A stretch of 64,000 nucleotides of DNA from an uncultured Clostridia bacterium (GTDB lineage: Bacteria; Bacillota; Clostridia; Oscillospirales; Oscillospiraceae): contig CAMNQX010000009.1 of NCBI GenBank assembly GCA_946550725.1, positions 69 to 64,068 on the forward strand, written 5' to 3'. The notes beneath the pieces are model-generated. The model worked only from the letters and a program-made list of their open reading frames with translations. It did no database searches and had not been told where the DNA came from. The position numbers and the translations under genes are program-made. Each line of letters begins with the position of its first letter. Position 1 is the first letter of the stretch. Below are positions 62,909 through 64,000 of the stretch, in pieces.

Positions 62909-62930
62909 CGCTTTTGTAGGGGCGGCTGTC
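62909..62930. repeat. GC-rich hairpin repeat type 1, copy d (GGGCGGCTG-tcct-CAGCCGCCC).
   Basis: 9-bp perfect stem preceded by GTA. Inverted relative to copy a. Confidence 0.8.
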
Positions 62931-62988
62931 CTCAGCCGCCCGCCGGGCAGGGCAGACGCGCCGCCCCAAACAAATTTTGCGACAGGGG

Positions 62989-63017
62989 TTGACATTTCCT
63001 CTTTTGGGGTCTATAAT
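62989..63017 (+). promoter_or_regulatory. Consensus sigma-70 promoter: TTGACA, 17-nt spacer, TATAAT.
   Basis: Both hexamers are perfect and the spacer is exactly 17 nt. It lies about 70 nt upstream of the ATG at 63088. Confidence 0.75.
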
Positions 63018-63087
63018 ACGGACATTCCCGGCGCGATTTAACACCACAACGTGCTAAAGTGCTCTGCCGATTATAGGAGGAAATGTT

Positions 63088-64000
63088 ATGAAGAAGCTTG
63101 TGAAAGTGCTCTGTTTGGCCCTGGCCGTGGTCATGCTGTTTGGCTTGGTGGCCTGTACCGGCGGCAACCAGCCTGCCGCCGACGATCCCACTGACGTGGT
63201 TGACCCCACCCCCGACAACCAGGGCGGGGACGAGAAGTACACGGTGGGCATCTGCCAGCTGGCGCCTCACCCTGCGCTGGACGCCGCCACCGAGGGCTTT
63301 ATCGCCGCGCTGAATGAGAAGCTGCCCGGCCAGGTGAAGTTCGACAACCAGAACGCCGCCGGCGACAGCCCCACCTGCTCCACTATCATCAACGGCTTCG
63401 TGTCCAATCAGGTGGACCTGATCATGGCCAACGCCACCGCGCCGCTCCAGGCGGCGGCCTCCGCCACCGACACCATCCCCGTGCTGGGCACCTCCATCAC
63501 CGAGTACGGCGTGGCCCTGAACATTGAGAACTTCAGCGGCACCGTGGGCACCAACGTGTCCGGCACCTCCGACCTGGCCCCCCTGGACCAGCAGGCGCAG
63601 ATGATCAAGGAGTGGTACCCCGACGCCAAGACCGTGGGCCTCATTTACTGCTCCGCCGAGCCGAACAGCCAGTACCAGGTGGACAACGTCCAGAAGTATC
63701 TGGAGGACATGGGCTACACCTGCAAGCAGTACGCCTTCTCCGACACCAACGACATGGCCTCCGTGGTGCAGAACGCCTGTGACAACTCCGACGTGCTCTA
63801 CGTCCCCACCGATAACACCGCCGCCAACAACACCGGCATCATCAATAACATCTGCCAGGGCGTGAAGCCCGTGTTCGCCGGCGAGGAGGGTATCTGCGGC
63901 GGCTGCGGCATCGCCACCCTGTCCATCAGCTACTACGACATCGGCTACAAGACCGGCGAGATGGCCGCCGACATCCTGGCCAACGGCGCGGATATCTCCA
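63088..64000 (+). CDS. ABC transporter substrate-binding lipoprotein (ABC_sub_bind family), 3'-truncated by the window edge and absent from the supplied ORF track.
   Basis: Translated by hand with no stop to the window end. Lipobox LFGLVAC|T and a TAGGAGG Shine-Dalgarno. Family strings: VGICQLAPHPALDAATEGF, DLIMANATAPLQAA, NVSGTSD, VGLIYCSAEPNS, VLYVPTDNT and ISYYDIGYKTGEMAADIL. Confidence 0.85.
   Translation, partial: MKKLVKVLCLALAVVMLFGLVACTGGNQPAADDPTDVVDPTPDNQGGDEKYTVGICQLAPHPALDAATEGFIAALNEKLPGQVKFDNQNAAGDSPTCSTIINGFVSNQVDLIMANATAPLQAAASATDTIPVLGTSITEYGVALNIENFSGTVGTNVSGTSDLAPLDQQAQMIKEWYPDAKTVGLIYCSAEPNSQYQVDNVQKYLEDMGYTCKQYAFSDTNDMASVVQNACDNSDVLYVPTDNTAANNTGIINNICQGVKPVFAGEEGICGGCGIATLSISYYDIGYKTGEMAADILANGADIS

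Noticed and set aside
1-64000. Search by eye for CRISPR arrays, rRNA, intact tRNAs, IS elements, integrases, recombinases and prophage genes.
   Set aside because: No regularly spaced direct repeats, no transposase or integrase motifs and no phage structural genes were found in any ORF. The only tRNA-like sequence is the 3' fragment at 8781-8811. The left island therefore cannot be called a mobile element from this window alone.

Overview
Densely coding chromosomal segment that looks like a high-G+C Firmicute, possibly an Oscillospiraceae-like Clostridium. This guess rests on codon usage, Gram-positive lipoboxes, SLH anchors, a buk/ptb pair and 0A-box-like motifs. No rRNA, intact tRNA, CRISPR array, integrase or transposase was seen. 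Left to right: (1) 1-8851 is a co-directional minus-strand restriction/defence island: Nudix, SauUSI-like PLD-helicase-DUF3427 type IV enzyme, hyper-acidic 104-aa protein, GNAT-fusion protein, ASCH protein, long HsdM, then an ORF running off the edge. Its base composition is mosaic and it ends at a tRNA 3'-end fragment plus a bidirectional terminator. (2) 8912-20788 carries buk and a Pta/Ptb-family gene, then an unusual minus-strand cassette (MFS, SCP-x-type thiolase, DUF35-ACP fusion, ACP, MBL hydrolase, CocE/NonD hydrolase). A divergent Sfp-type PPTase, a PucR regulator and a VOC protein follow. (3) 20824-31489 is a LacI-controlled sugar ABC importer followed by two VOC proteins, a Gfo/Idh/MocA oxidoreductase, three xylose-isomerase-like TIM-barrel proteins and a small protein resembling the C-glycoside deglycosidase beta subunit. 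I read this as a candidate C-glycoside cleavage locus. (4) 31559-41390 holds accessory catabolic genes: class II aldolase, HTH regulator, FGGY kinase, Fe-ADH, MFS, D-2-hydroxyacid dehydrogenase, 2-enoate-reductase-type flavoenzyme and an EamA-like protein. (5) 41714-53431 is a single 3905-aa secreted, SLH-anchored protein with two GH33 sialidase domains, two canonical SGNH esterase modules, two degenerate SGNH modules and several lectin-like modules. (6) 53549-64000 is housekeeping: NSS transporter, amino-acid ABC transporter, FAD protein, HEAT protein, S41-like lipoprotein, mnmE and a partial ABC substrate-binding gene. The mnmE gene is flanked by GC-rich hairpin repeats and preceded by DnaA-box-like and 0A-box-like motifs. 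The most promising candidate for an undescribed system is the GNAT-fusion/ASCH/acidic-protein module embedded between a type I methylase and a type IV restriction enzyme. All calls come from reading the sequence and ORF translations, with no database searches, so family assignments are motif-level recognitions.
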